From the human T2T-CHM13v2.0 reference genome, Homo sapiens: a stretch of DNA of 64,000 nt. The DNA lies in the NCBI RefSeq assembly GCF_009914755.1, contig NC_060937.1; one strand, 5' to 3'. The notes below the pieces were generated by a model. It was not told the DNA's origin. It did not search any database and was given only the letters and a program-made list of their open reading frames with translations. Positions 1-13,670 of this stretch are shown here, piece after piece (position 1 is the first letter of the stretch; every line of letters starts with the position of its first letter). A program made the position numbers and the translations under genes.

Positions 1-1229
1 AGTATCTTCATTGACCCTATTCTCACTTTTTATTTACTATTGCTAAATTTACAAAATAGGGAGAACAATTAGGTAAATATCTAGGTGCTTTCTGTCACTG
101 ACAGAATGCAGTATATTAAATACAACAAAAAGCATATATGGATCATGTGATCATAAAATACCTCATATTTTAGTAGCATAAATAGTCGTATATCGAATTA
201 CTCTTCCTAGAAATATTAGAATTTTATCTTTTTGTTCAGTTACAAATACATTTATCAATTAACCTCACATAAATATTTGGAAGTTATATACAAGTACTCC
301 TCACTTTACATAATCATCTACTTATTTTTTATATATTTTAAATTAATTTATCTTATGAATTCTTATTTTGCTGATACACAACTTAATTGAATTTTATTTC
401 TTCCCTTTGACAGGAATTAACCTGAATTTTGAGGAGCTGATACAGTGACTGTGAGTCAGGCAGGGACTTCTGTTCACCAGAGTAGATTCCTGTGTTCACA
501 GGCACATTCTAAAAATATGTTGGTTCTTGTCATATTTTGTCAAAGGACCCATAGATTGCTGCTAAAGTGACTTTTGTAGTGGATATCAGGGCTAAGTCAG
601 GTTTTCTTGACTCTTCCAGTTATATGAAAACATTCTTCATCTCCTGGGCCGTTCTGAATTACAGGAAATATCTCATTCTAAAAAGTAGGCAACTCCTTTT
701 TAATCTGGTATTTTGTTTCTCTGGGTCCCAGGAACTCTGAGATTGCACAGACAAATCTGGGAGTTCTGTCATTTCTTTTCTTTCAATTTTGAGTTCTTTT
801 ATTTCAGTTTTGAGAAAGGAAAGAACAGAGGTTTAAGGTTCTTCTTGCCTTTGGGACCTAGACTACCTAAATTATAATTTATTTCTGATCTTTTTCTCCT
901 ATTCTCAGATTAGAAAGTAGTCCTGTTTCTACAGGTGAGCCGCTTTGGTCTGATTCACCAGGTATCTTTTAAATCTATTGTTTATTTCTGGAAGTATGTT
1001 TCTTGCTTCACAAGAAACAAAGTTTTGAAAATAAAAACTCAAGATTTGAATCCGTTCTACTCCTTTCCGGGATGTGAATCCTAAAGTGAATAGAAATGCA
1101 AATTTCCAATATTAGGGCAAGGGCCACAGTTACTAAAATGAAATAATAGTTAATAAAATGAAATGATTAAAACTTTGGTTTATCTTTCAAAATGTTATAC
1201 AGGTAGAGATAAATACAGCAAGGGCAGAG

Positions 1230-1610
1230 ACATGAACCAGGTTATAAGCAACTTTAATTCTTCCCTCAATAAATTGTAGTTTATACAAAGGATAAAAATG
1301 ATGTATTTTAAGCAGAAGAATGATGTGTCAGTTTCAATAAAACACTGACTACAATGTAAGGGATTATTGCTGGACGGAAATGGTTGTATATGGAAGAAAA
1401 GAGTGGGAACAGGTAGATTGGGGCTATACTTTAGGTATAAAATAATGATAAATTCAAGTGCAGGTGGTGGCAGTGTAATTAAAACTAAAAGAATAGATTT
1501 AAAAGACATTCATAATTTAAAGTTAGATAGGAATAGGCTAACTGGGTGTGACTGGAGAGGGGATCTGTTTTCCAGTTTTGGCAACTGAAAGTATTGTGAC
1601 AACTTTCAAT
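1230..1610 (-). mobile_element. L2 (LINE-2) relic
   Basis: Degenerate match to antisense L2 3' region (ggtggtggcagtg...gatttaaaagacatt...tccagttttggcaactg); boundaries approximate. Confidence 0.55.
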
Positions 1611-1626
1611 AAGAAATTGCACACAG

Positions 1627-2054
<428 letters not shown>

Positions 2055-2319
2055 TTAAACAGTGCTGTTGTTTTGTTTTGTTTTGTTTTTTTAAAAAAAA
2101 CTTTGTTTACTATCTCCAGCTCTCAACAAACCTTCCCTGGGAGAAACTGGCTTTAGTTAACAGAAAATATGTTGGCAGAATATATGAAACTAATGTTGTA
2201 TGCAACTTCACCCTTCATTATCAAAAGCTTCCTGTAGTTTTGGACTGAGCTGAGTTGTTCTTTACAGTGAGTTCCTTAGCTTTTCCTGGCAAGCTCACAG
2301 AATTTTAGAAGGCAGTTTT

Positions 2320-4440
2320 TATCTTACAAACATTTATTGAAATATACATCCCTACAAAGTGCAGAAATCTTAAGTGTTCTTAATAAATTATCAATCTTCT
2401 TACTGAAAGAGGAGAGAAAATAATGCAGTAGCAATACAGAAAATAAAGAGTGAATGCATTGCATACTGAAGTGGGAAAGAGGTATGCTTATTTGTAGCCC
2501 CTCTCTGGACAAAGCAGGAGTCTAATAAAACACAGGGATTAGAGAAGCAAGAACCAAGGAGCTCAGGGACTGTTGGCCTTTTAGAGGGGAGTTTTGATTA
2601 ATGTATATTGTGGAAGTGTGATTATTCAGGTAAAACTATTGATTGGTTGGCAGTGTACTCACTGCAGGGAGGCTTTCACTGATTGGCTCACAAAAGTATG
2701 GGATTATCACTGAGAGATTCATTTTTAGAATTACGTTATTGGCTCAATGTTCCCATTGATTAAACTGAGTCAAGTTGTTACCAATCAATTAAACCCTATT
2801 AAAACAGAACCTGGTGGTTACTTGCTATTATGGTGACAAAACAATTAGTCTTTTCCTGGCAGTATGGGGATTTAAAAAAATGTGTAACATAAAACACATC
2901 TATATATTTAGATTACATTACAAAATATAGAAAAAATACTGGTATCTTATGTGCCTTCTTTGTGCTCCCTGAAAGTCACTGTCTTTTGTTCCTCTCATCC
3001 AAAAATAATCAGTACCAAGACTTTCAACTGGATAGCTACGTTATAATAATGCCAGAATTTAAACTTCATGTAAGTTCAAAGTGTAAGCATATTATATCAG
3101 AATTATTTTAACAATGTGAGAATAATTCATGATGTTGCTTCATATACCAACAGCTCATTAATTTACATTGCTGTAGAATATTCCGTTTATTAAATATATC
3201 AAAATATGTTTATATAGTCTCTTTACATTTTGAGCTTTATGAGTAATAATACTCTAAATATTCTTATGCATGTCTTTTACTACCAAAATGATTTCTAAGG
3301 TAGTGGTATCAATTGACATTACAAAAGAAATGAATGAGAGTTCACATTACTCTTCATCACAGCCATTACTTGTCACTATTGTGGTATCTCATTTTAAAAT
3401 TTGCATTAACTTGATATATAATAAGTTCAAGAACTTTTAAAATGTTAACTATTTGCCAATTTTCTATGCGAAGCTGAATTTATGCATATTTTAAGATTGT
3501 ATTTTAATTTTAATACTTAGTAGTTATTTTAAATTATGGATATGAGCCCTTTTCAGAGGTAAAGGTTGGAAATATCTTCAACTACATGGTTTGCCTTTTA
3601 CTGTCTTAATTATGTCTTTTGATTAATAAAAACCCTTAAGTTTAGTGTAGTTCAATTAATCAAATTTCTTGGTAGTTTTTTTTTAATTGTTGTGCTTGAA
3701 ATATCCTTTCCTACCCTAACATCATGAATATGCTTTCCTATTATCTTCTCAATACTCTGTTATTTTACTTTTTATATTTTATTCTACTATCCACCTAACA
3801 TTTATTTTAGTTTATGTTGTTTAGTGTGGTGTGAGATGGACTCAAATCTATTTCGTATTGTTTCTTTATTTTTTTTCTTTTTAATATAACACAGTACCTC
3901 ATGTTGGAAAGGTTTTTCTTTTTCTTTCTTTCTTTTCTTTTTTTTCCTCACAGATTTTTAGTGTCCTTTGTCAAAGTCAAGTATCTATGTAGGATTGGGC
4001 AGTTTATGTTAATTGGCCTATATGTTTATCCTTTGTACATATCACAGTATCTTAATTACTATGTTTTTATAACTTTAGGTACCTGGGAGAATATTTCTTC
4101 CAACACGTTCTTCTTCAAGAGTGTATTGAGGATTCTCTGTGTTTTGATTTTTGCATAGTATTTTAAATTACCTATTTAATTTCTATCAAAAATTACTTTT
4201 GCAATTTTCATAAAATACAAAGGTTGACTTAGAAATGAAAAAGGAGAATTTTTCAATCAATGTGCATGATAAGTCCTTTCATTTAAATGATTTTTAAAAT
4301 TTCTGTTCAATAAATATTTGTGCAATACTGTGTATCTATTTTATACTTCATATTTGATTTTTATATTACTGTTCATTTTATTTAATTTTGTCTCTATATA
4401 ATTTGCTGCAAAAATGTATATACATTGACTTTGTATTCAG
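2320..4440 (-). mobile_element. Old L1 (L1ME-type) 3' end/ORF2 relic, interrupted at ~2390-2890
   Basis: tttattgaaatatac...aagtgcagaaatcttaagtg is a typical antisense L1ME 3' terminus; L1-like antisense text resumes at ~2900 (cattgctgtagaatattcc, ttgcattaacttgat, tcacagtatcttaattact). Confidence 0.65.
2390..2890 (-). mobile_element. Putative ancient LTR with CCAAT-box cluster
   Basis: ~500-bp block interrupting the L1ME relic; ends ...tgtaaca; carries ATTGG at 2642, 2682, 2738 and CCAAT at 2781; family not identified. Confidence 0.4.
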
Positions 4441-4449
4441 TTGAAATTA

Positions 4450-5325
4450 TCAAAAAAGTTAAAAGACAATCCATTAAAGGAAGAAAATATGTGCAATCAT
4501 ATATGTCACAGGGGATTTGTATCTGGAATATACAAAGGGCTCATATGATTCAATAACACAAAATTTAAAAATGGACAAAGGATCTGAAAGAATATTATTC
4601 CTAAGAAGATATACAAATTACCAATAAGCAAATGCAGAGGTGCTCAACATCATTACTTATCAGATACTATGTCACACACACTAAGACGGCTAGGATTAAT
4701 AAGTCAAATAACAGTATTGGCAAGTATGTGGAGAAATTTGAATCCCTGTACACCACTGGTGGAAATGTAAAATGTTGCAATTATCTTAGAAAACAGTTTG
4801 ACAGTTGACAAATGATTAAACATAGAATTATATGAACTAGCAATTCCTCTCCAAACTATATACTCAAGAGAAAGGAAAACATATTTACACAAAACCTGGT
4901 CATGAATGTTCATAGCAGGATTATTCATCGTGGCCAAAAGGTGGGAACAATCTGAATGTCCATCACTAAATGATTGGATAAGCATGCTAAATGTGGTATA
5001 TTTATACAATCTAATATTATTCAGCCATAAAATGAATGAAATTCTGATACATCCTACAATATGGAAAGAACATGACAATATTTTACTAAGTGAAAGAAGC
5101 TAGTAACAAAAAATGACATATTATGTGATTCTTATATAAAATGACATATTATGTGACTTGTATAAAAGTATCAAATAGGGAAATCTATAGAGACAAAAAG
5201 TAGATTATGGGCTGCTTAGGGCTACAGGTGGTAGTAGGGCAGGTAATGGCTAAAGAATACAGAGTTTCTTTGGGGAATGATGAAAATATTCTAAAACTGC
5301 TGTGGTGGTTGTACATATCTGTGGA
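4450..5325 (+). mobile_element. L1MB-type 3' end (ORF2 C-terminus + 3'UTR)
   Basis: ORF track 4906-5103 gives MFIAGLFIVAKRWEQSECPS (L1 ORF2 C-terminal motif); 3'UTR text atctatagagacaaaaagtagatta...gatgaaaatattctaaaact. Confidence 0.85.
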
Positions 5326-7180
5326 AAAATATCCATATTTCTGAGGATGGAGCAAGAATATCTAGAGTAGTATAGGGAAAATGTCTATACTGTAGTTAGT
5401 ATTCTTATGTGATTCTCACTCCATGGTCAGCTAGTCAACAATCCACTGAGTAGAATTTGGGGATCACTGGGCTAAATATTTACCATGATTTTCACTGGGA
5501 TAACTATCAAATGTGTAGACAACATGATTGAAAGAAAAAAAATTCCTCAGACATGTTTTAAAGAAAGTGTCACAGCATGAATATATATAGCATGTGTTTG
5601 GAAGTGTGAAGGAATCTCAGAGGAGTACATATACCATACCAGATTTATCTTTGACATAGGAATAAGTGGTAGATGGACTAAAGAGATATTAAGAATGTAT
5701 TTTTTCTGGTCTTTTGGTAACCTCATCGTACACCTTAGAAAATATCACGATGTTGGTAAAAGGTCAAAGTAATTTTGATCAGGACTTTCCTATGGATCTG
5801 CATAAAACGGTTTACCACCCTTGAAATCCTCACAACCCAAGTGAATTTCCTCTAATAAATCCAACCTTGGGCATATCAGTTCTTCCTTTCCCACGCACTA
5901 ATTTTTCTGTGTTCAACAGAAGAGAATAGTTTTGTTTCTCAACAGCATTCAGAAAGAGAAAGTTACATGTTTTACATTTCTCACCGTACTGGCAATTCTT
6001 ATTTAATGTTTTAGAAAACTAAAGGAAATAAGAAGTTATTGCCTTGAAAAGTCAAGAGAACTACCCTAAGAATATCTGAGACATGCATGTGCATGCATGT
6101 GTGTACACGCACATGCCCCCACAACTATAATCCAAAATAAATTTAATAGATTTAGATTTGCTTTGGACAGTGTAGAGAAGTGTCTTGGATATATATCTTT
6201 AAGATATTAATCACTTATGCTACCAAACACATGTACAATGACTTATGTCATAAAGATTCACTCTGGCTTGCATGCCTTTCCATACTCTGTTAGAAAGCCT
6301 GTGGAGATGAATGCTCACATAGCTGTGATAAATCACTTAGCTACATTGCTAAGAGGAACAGACAGTGATGTAAATATCCTTTACAAATACAGCACAACCT
6401 CAGGGTTTTTTCCCCAATAAAGAAGATTTAAGTAGATATTTTTATAACATAAAATTTTGATTTTTCACTCAAAATCATATTTTCAGGTTTCCTCCGTTAA
6501 GAAGACTCTGTGCAAGCAGAAGAAATTAGTCTCTCATATTACTTGGAACATTTTGCCTGAGATGCTGCTTTAAGCTAATTATCTAGTTATTGTAGCAGCC
6601 TGTGTCAATGCTGTAACAATTTATAATGAGGTAAAAATTTGTTCAGGCACTATAGATTTTATTAATAACTTTTAAGACCTCAAATTGAGAACTTGAACCA
6701 ATTATTATAATACAGAATGAAAGTAAAATATACCTGCATAGCAATTCATGGTGTTTTATTTATAGCCCTATGTTACATACCATAACTCTTGGTGATAAAT
6801 AATTACACTGTGGCCAGGAGCAGCAAACAGGATTCAATTATTACTGGCAAAAAGGAAGGGTCTGCAACTGTAGCAAAGTGAAAGCCAGTATTATACTTAT
6901 AAACATATGGCTTATATTTGTAATATTCCCCTTTGGAACACTGAAAATTTTTAGACTTTGAAAATAAAACCTGAGGTTACAACTGAGAAGTATTAGATTC
7001 CTATTGGTAAAAATGTGTGCTCTAGTTATCTAAGGTTCCTACAAGGGGGTTCGAACAGATATTTTTGATAGGCCTCAAAAAGAATAAAAGTGTGAACATG
7101 ACTGAAATATGAATAATTTATTTAAGATGAAATCTTAAAAACATGTTGAAAATTACTTTATGCTGAAAGCCATAGAAAAG

Positions 7181-7211
<31 letters not shown>

Positions 7212-7238
7212 AACACTAGAATAAAGTATCTAGAAATA

Positions 7239-7286
<48 letters not shown>
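7181..7286. repeat. (AC)n at 7181-7206 and (TA)22 at 7243-7286
   Basis: Directly visible dinucleotide runs. Confidence 0.97.
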
Positions 7287-7290
<4 letters not shown>

Positions 7291-7847
7291 TAACTTTAAA
7301 AAAGGCAGCACACCAAAATGCACAATATTCCACAGGGAATGTAGTGAATCGATATATAAGAAAGTCAGGGAAAAGAGGTAGGCTATAAGGCTCAGATTTC
7401 AAGACTGGAGCCTTACTATCTGACTATGTCTACAGCTAGGAAGACGCTGTCTGTGAAGTGAGCATTTAGAACAACTCTGCTCTCCCAACAGGACCACAGC
7501 CTAGGTGGAGCTGTTTGCCCACAGTTTGGAAGGGTGGGTCAATACCATGTCACCTAAACATAATAGTGATCCTATTCCCTAAAACGATAAACAGAGAGTT
7601 TACACAGGAAGCTCGAGCCAAGATGGGACACATGAAAGTGCGCAAGATCAAGCAAAAGATGCCTTCTATATAAGATGACTTTAAAATCAAGTATTTCAAA
7701 ATACATGAGGAAAGCCAACATAATTAAGAATAATACACTCAACAAACCAAAAAACATACATTAGAGTGACTAGCGATAATAAAGCAATATGAAAAGACTA
7801 TAATGCAAATAATTATATGATTTACAAATAAAGATGTGAGTTTTAAT

Positions 7848-8384
7848 TGCTATGGTTTGGATGTTTGTGTCCTCTGAAGAATTCATGTTGAAACATAATC
7901 CCTGATACAACAGTAGGAAGATGGGGGGCCCTTAGCAAGTGATTAGGCTATGAAGGTTCTGTCCTCATAAATCAATTAGTGACTTATAGCAAGGCTTGAT
8001 GGGGCGGGGCGCGGTGCCTCACGCCTGTATTCCCAGCACTTTGGGAGGCCGAGGCGGATGGATCACCTGAGGTCGGGAGTTCAAGACCAGCCTGACCAAC
8101 ATGGAGAAACCCCTTCTCTACTAAAAAGGAGAAAAAAGACTTGACGGAGCGAGTTTGTCCCTCCCCTTCTTTCCACCATGTGAGGACATATCATTCATGC
8201 CCACTGGAGGATGCAGCAACAAAGTACTATCTTTGAAACAGGCAGCAGCCCTCCATAGACCAAATCTGCTGATGCCTTGATCTTGGACTTCTCAGTCTCC
8301 AGAACTGTAAGAAATACATATCTATTATTCATTAATTACTCAGTCTGTGGTATTATGTTATAGTGGAACAAATGAACTAAAACA
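7848..8384 (+). mobile_element. ERVL-MaLR solo LTR (MSTC/MSTD/MLT1A-like) containing an Alu monomer
   Basis: Starts TGCTATGGTTTGGATGTTTGTGTCC; contains gccttgatcttggacttctcagtctccagaactgtaagaaat; ends aatgaactaaaaCA. Confidence 0.9.
8003..8135 (+). mobile_element. AluSp-like left monomer only, with TSD
   Basis: cacctgaggtcgggagttc...cagcctgaccaacatggagaaaccc (AluSp diagnostics); flanked by AAGGCTTGATGG (7991-8002) and AAGACTTGACGG (8136-8147). Confidence 0.9.
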
Positions 8385-8425
8385 TTATAAACAAGTGTTT
8401 TTAAAATAAGACCAAAAATCCAAGT

Positions 8426-8823
8426 GGTATTAGTCCTTTCTTTCATTGCCATGAAGAACTACCTGAGACTGGATAATTTATGAAGAAAAGAGGTTTAATT
8501 GAGACACAGTTCCACAGGCGGTACAGGAAGCATATCTGGGGAGGCCTCTGGAAACTTACAAACATGACAGAAGGTGAAGGGGAAGCAGGCACATCTTCAT
8601 ATGGTGGAGCAGGAGAGAGAGAACAAAACGGGAGGTGCTACACACTTTTAAACAACCAGATCTCTTGTGAGAACTCTATCACAAGACAGCACTAGGGGGA
8701 TAGTGCTAAACCATTAGAAACCATCCCCGTGATTCAGTCACCTCCCACCAGGCCCCACCTCCAACACTGAGGCTTATAATTCAACATGAGATTTGAGTGG
8801 GGACACAGAGCCAAACCATATCA
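8426..8823 (-). mobile_element. MSTA-like MaLR solo LTR
   Basis: Reverse complement begins TGATATGGTTTGGCTCTGTGTCCCC; perfect 5-bp TSD CAAGT at 8421-8425 and 8824-8828. Confidence 0.93.
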
Positions 8824-9997
8824 CAAGTCAAGAACTAATTTTGGAGATAATTACATTTATTTTCAAAATGACAAGACTATGCATAGGTGAAAAGTGTATA
8901 AATAAATTAAGACAAATTTAGAGGATACCACCAACTACAGCACTAATATATAAGGAATGGGAAATAAAGATAATTAAAGTTTAGATGTCTAAAATTCAGC
9001 ATAGTACAAAGAGTACACCTTGAAGTAGACAAAATAAAAGAAATAGTTAAAAGGCAATATGCAAAAAACTGATTGCTGAAAAACAAGAGTTCTCAAATTG
9101 AAAAATTTAAAGCAATTGACAAATGCAAAGCACTTGGATTTAACACAGTAAAATTTCTGAATACCACAAATAGAGATGAGATTTTCTGAAAGGAAAATTT
9201 CATCTTTCTATGTTTATGTTTGTGCATGTATAGCTAGATAGCTAGGGAGCTGGATGGATAGCTGAATAGACAGAGAAAGAGATAGATAATAGATATATAT
9301 ACACATTCATACATACCTATATACACAGATACATCAAAATAAATAGAAATATAAATCTATATATTACAATTTATAACATACATATGCAATACATAGGAAC
9401 GATGAGTAAACGCAAATATTTTAAAACAAAACATGTCATATTAAGTCATTATGTTACTATTGCTTTTATTGGAAGATATTTATCTGAGGGTGAGTACCAT
9501 ATGATAGCCTGATTCTTTTCTCACTGTTTAGCAATGAGATCGGTTGAGCTAGACATGGACAACTCTCTGAAAAAGTGTCTCCATTGAATGATATCCAGTG
9601 TCTTCTCTTTTTATTTTCTATTATTTGCTTTCACAGGACTTTGAAATTATCAGTAATTTGTTAATTATTTTGTAGTAACAGAGACTCTGGTGTACACTTA
9701 ATAAATGTCTGCACATTTATAAATCCTTATTTCTTATTATAATTAGCTTACTTAGAATTAAAAAAATCAAATGCATGAATTTTACAAGACTGAAAAATAA
9801 AAGACTTTCTAAAATAAATAAGTTTTTTAAAGTAAGAAATAGCATCCTTATTTATTTTATTCTTTAATCTGTACATACTTTTCAGTTTCAATAGCTCATA
9901 TTTTTATTTGTGTTTTCAATGGCAATAATTCTCTTAAATTTATATTGACTTCAAATGAGATTGATTCTACTAATTAATAAAAATTGTGGTATAATTT

Positions 9998-10490
9998 TGT
10001 TTTAGTTATGGAAAGACTAAACACCCTATCAAACTTAACTAAAATGGAGTGGGCTGAGGAAAAACCACCAACGACCAAAAAACCTAAGAATGACTCTGTC
10101 AGTTAAAAGCTCTGCTCCTCTAGCCCAGAAGCCTGCTGTAATCTGCAGGATTCAGGGATCCTGGCTTCTTCCTTCTTGTTGCTCCATCTACCTTTTGTCA
10201 TTAGACCTGTCTAATTGTCAAAACAAAACAAACAAACAAAAATGAAAAACAAACAAAGATTTCTGTTAAATTGCCATTCCAGTTAACACAAAAGAAGGGA
10301 AAGAGGAGATATAGACTAATCAATTTACTGTTAGGCAAGTTAGATAGATATTGGACCCACCACTTATGCTCACACAGCAAATTTAGACGCATGAAATTAG
10401 TAAGTGCAAAGGGGAATGAACAGTTTATTGCTCAGCCAAGTGCTCCATGAGCCCAGGAAGAAAGTAGGTCTTAATGGGAAAATTATTACT
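9998..10490 (-). mobile_element. Old MLT1 (J/K-like) LTR relic
   Basis: cagggatcctggcttcttccttcttgttgctccatc and ccatgagcccaggaagaaag resemble antisense old MLT1; degenerate. Confidence 0.45.
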
Positions 10491-10762
10491 ATTATGATAA
10501 ATATCTATGGGATTATAGAAACATAATCCTATCTATAAAAATTGAAGGCTTTAAACTTTCTGCCACTACAGTGGGAAACATTAGAGCACTACATTATCAT
10601 ATTTCCAAAGTTCTACTCTTCTTTGTAATGGAGAGCAACTGATACACACCTTATTGCTTAATTAATATTAGGACCAAGGACCTACACAAAACCCTGGAAT
10701 GTATTCTTCTTTGAATTTTTTTTTTGTCTAGTGCTATTTGAATGTAAATTTAACAAGGCACA

Positions 10763-11228
10763 TTTGGCAGACAGTTTCTACAACTGCCACCTCCCTACCA
10801 AAAGAAACAAGGAGAGTAGTCTCCTCCCCATCTATAGGTAAGCTGTTTCTCACTTTTTTAATCTGTTTTTGAACAACATAATGCTGTTCAATTGACATTC
10901 TGAGATTTCTGAGCTTAGACAGTGAAGCAGTAGATTCTACTTCTTGCCTTCTGAGCTACTCCATTAAGAACTCCAGGTATCTTACTAGAAGAAGAGAGGC
11001 CACACTAAAGAGGACTACAGCTCTCAATTTGTGAGTGGAGTAGTCTTTAGACGTTTCATCTCCAGCCAACATGAGGATTGAATTGTTTGAGAGACTTCAA
11101 GTGAGGCTAACAGAATAAATATCTAGGTACTCAGCCAGCCTAGAGAATCTAGAGAAGTAATACAATTTTTCTTTTAAGCAACTATTTTTTGAAGAAGTTT
11201 GTTATGCAGCAATTTGCATCAATAAATA
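10763..11228 (+). mobile_element. MLT1 (G/H-like) LTR
   Basis: 3' signature ttttaagcaactattttttgaagaagtttgttatgcagcaat; internal gagaggccacac and tccagccaac motifs. Confidence 0.7.
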
Positions 11229-12849
11229 AATGAAATAGCATATTACCATATTTGCATAAAGAAAAAATAAAGAACAAACAGATGATTTTTAAATTCAGCT
11301 TAGGTCCTAAAGATATCAGATTTCTGAAATCCTTATGACAGCACATTAGTGCAGAGTTTGCAATATATTCTCCCAGCAAATAAAGCTGGTATGATTTCCC
11401 ATTTCATTGACACAAGTGTCTCATCAAAAGAAAGGAGATAATAGTCTCTTTCTCCACAATGCTGCTGAGATAATTGGTATATTCTTGTCAGTTAAGGTCA
11501 GCTCATTACTGTAAAGATAATGATTAAATGGGAGAATTTTGAAAACCAACTTAGAAGCAAGAATTACTGGCTTATAAAGACAAGGTAGAAGAACAAATTT
11601 TTTGACTTTGTTTTACAAAACTCTATTTACCTGTGTAAGCCTCACTTATTAACAGGACAGATTTAGAAGAAGATAACAATTTTAAAAGCAACTTAGATAT
11701 GGACATCAACCACAAAACAATAAGAATTACAGTGATTCTCATGGTGATGCAGAAGCACAGCGAACAGGGAAATAAATCCATATACAAAGCAAATGACAAT
11801 TCTAATGAGGATAAGTTGTTGTCCATCCACACAGAAAGGCATCCAATATACAACCATTAACGAGGTAGCTAGTCGGTTCCCTTTAGGAAAGGTTATATCA
11901 GAGATTTATTATTAGCCTCTTTATTACAAATAAGATAAAAACTCATAAGTTTTCATTTTTAAGTCTAGATCCTTGACTTGTTGCTTCTTTGAAGCTGAGT
12001 AACAAATGCTGTGGTACAGAGAATGTATACTGTGCTATACCCAATTACTAGACTAGATTTAGGAATTTCTGCTTTGTGAGTACTCTCATCCACACAAAGT
12101 CTCAGTGCTTTTTTGCAGTTTTGAATATCTTTTAATATTTATATTTATGACAAGAATTTTGAGCACTGTTCACATAGGTTGTAATTTCACTTTAAAACAG
12201 AAATTTCCTACTTTTTTCAGGATTTGTAAGAATAGGCTGAGACTGAAAGTCAAACTTTAAAACCTATTGCTACTGGCATTTAGCTCTATAAATTAAGATT
12301 TTCTCTAAATAGTAATCACAGTATAATGTGAAAATAAATTTGAAACAGATTAGCTAAATATTGCAAATTTCATCTCTGATTTACAATTCCATGCTTATTA
12401 AAGATGATTATTATTTTAATATGATACAAATATTAGCATTCTGAATTTGTAAAATAGATATATAAAATATAATACCTATTTAGAGAAAATTCTTTACAAA
12501 TATCTCGTATTTATACATGTTCCAGATCCTCTGAGCCATTTGTAGCCATTTGTAGCCAAGTGAAGGATATTTTTATAAGGAGACATTATATGATAGTAAA
12601 GTTTAGAGACATTATCCTCCTCGATGATGTACTGAGGTAGTCAAGATAAAGCATAAAGACCTAATCTTCCCTTCAAGGGAGATTTGCTTATATTCTGAGC
12701 TGAAGATAATCTCTCTCTCTCTCTCTCTCATCCTCTCTCTCACACACATCCAGTTCTGTATTTCCAGAATGGAGGGTGAGCAGATCACCAACAGTCCTAT
12801 ATAATATCCGAATTGCACAGTTTTGTGGTTTCTTTCCTATGATGCACCT

Positions 12850-13670
12850 TGAATGGACATTTCACAAAAGATAAAATAAAAGTAAGCATCTAACAAACAT
12901 ACAAAGAAATGCTTAACATCACTAATCATCAGAGAAATACAAATTAAAATCACAATAAAATATCATTTTACTGCCATCAGAAAGCCTTCTATTAAAAAGT
13001 AAATAAACAACAGATGTTAGCATAGATGCAGAGAAAAAGGAAAGCTTCTGCATTGTTGATGGGAATGTCAATTAGTTAAACTTCCACACAAAACTGTTTG
13101 ATGATTTCTCAAAAAACTAAAAATAGAACTACCGTTCAACCCAGCAGTCCCACTGGATATTTACCCAAAAGAAAAGAAACTAGAACAAAAGACACCTATA
13201 CTTATATGCTTATTGCAGCACTATTCACAATACCATTGTCAGGGAGTCAACCTAAGTATCCATCAGTGGTTGACTGGATAAAGAAAATGTGGTATGTAAA
13301 CACCTTGGAATATTACACAGCAATAAAAAAGAATAAAACTATATCCTTTGTAGTAACATGGATGGAGCTGGAGGCTATTATCCTATGTAAATTAAGAAAC
13401 AGAAAACCAAATACCACATGTTCTCTCTTACATATGGGAGATAAACACTGGGTACACATGAATATAAAGATGGAAATAATAGACATGTAGTACTCCAAAA
13501 TGGGGATGATGCAAGGGGGATGAGGGTTAGAAAATTACCCGTCAGGTACAATGCTCACTATTTGGATAATGGGTAAACTCGAAGCCCAATCTCACTAGTA
13601 TGCAATATACCCATATAACAACCAAGCACCTGTACTCCGAGAATCTGAAAGGAAAAAAAGGGAAAGAAAA
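12850..13670 (+). mobile_element. L1PB-type 3' end (ORF2 C-terminus + 3'UTR + A-rich tail)
   Basis: ORF 13098-13490 contains MLIAALFTI...DWIKKMWYVNTLEYYTAIKKN...TWMELEAIIL (L1 ORF2 C-term); L1PB-like 3'UTR gggtacacatgaatataaagatggaaataatagac. Confidence 0.92.

Larger units (their letters stand above)
7400..9200 (+). mobile_element. Very old L1/HAL1 5' and ORF1-region relic, split by two MaLR LTRs
   Basis: A-rich ORF1-like text (aaaatacatgaggaaagccaacata; gttctcaaattgaaa; gtaaaatttctgaatacc) on either side of 7848-8823. Confidence 0.4.
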
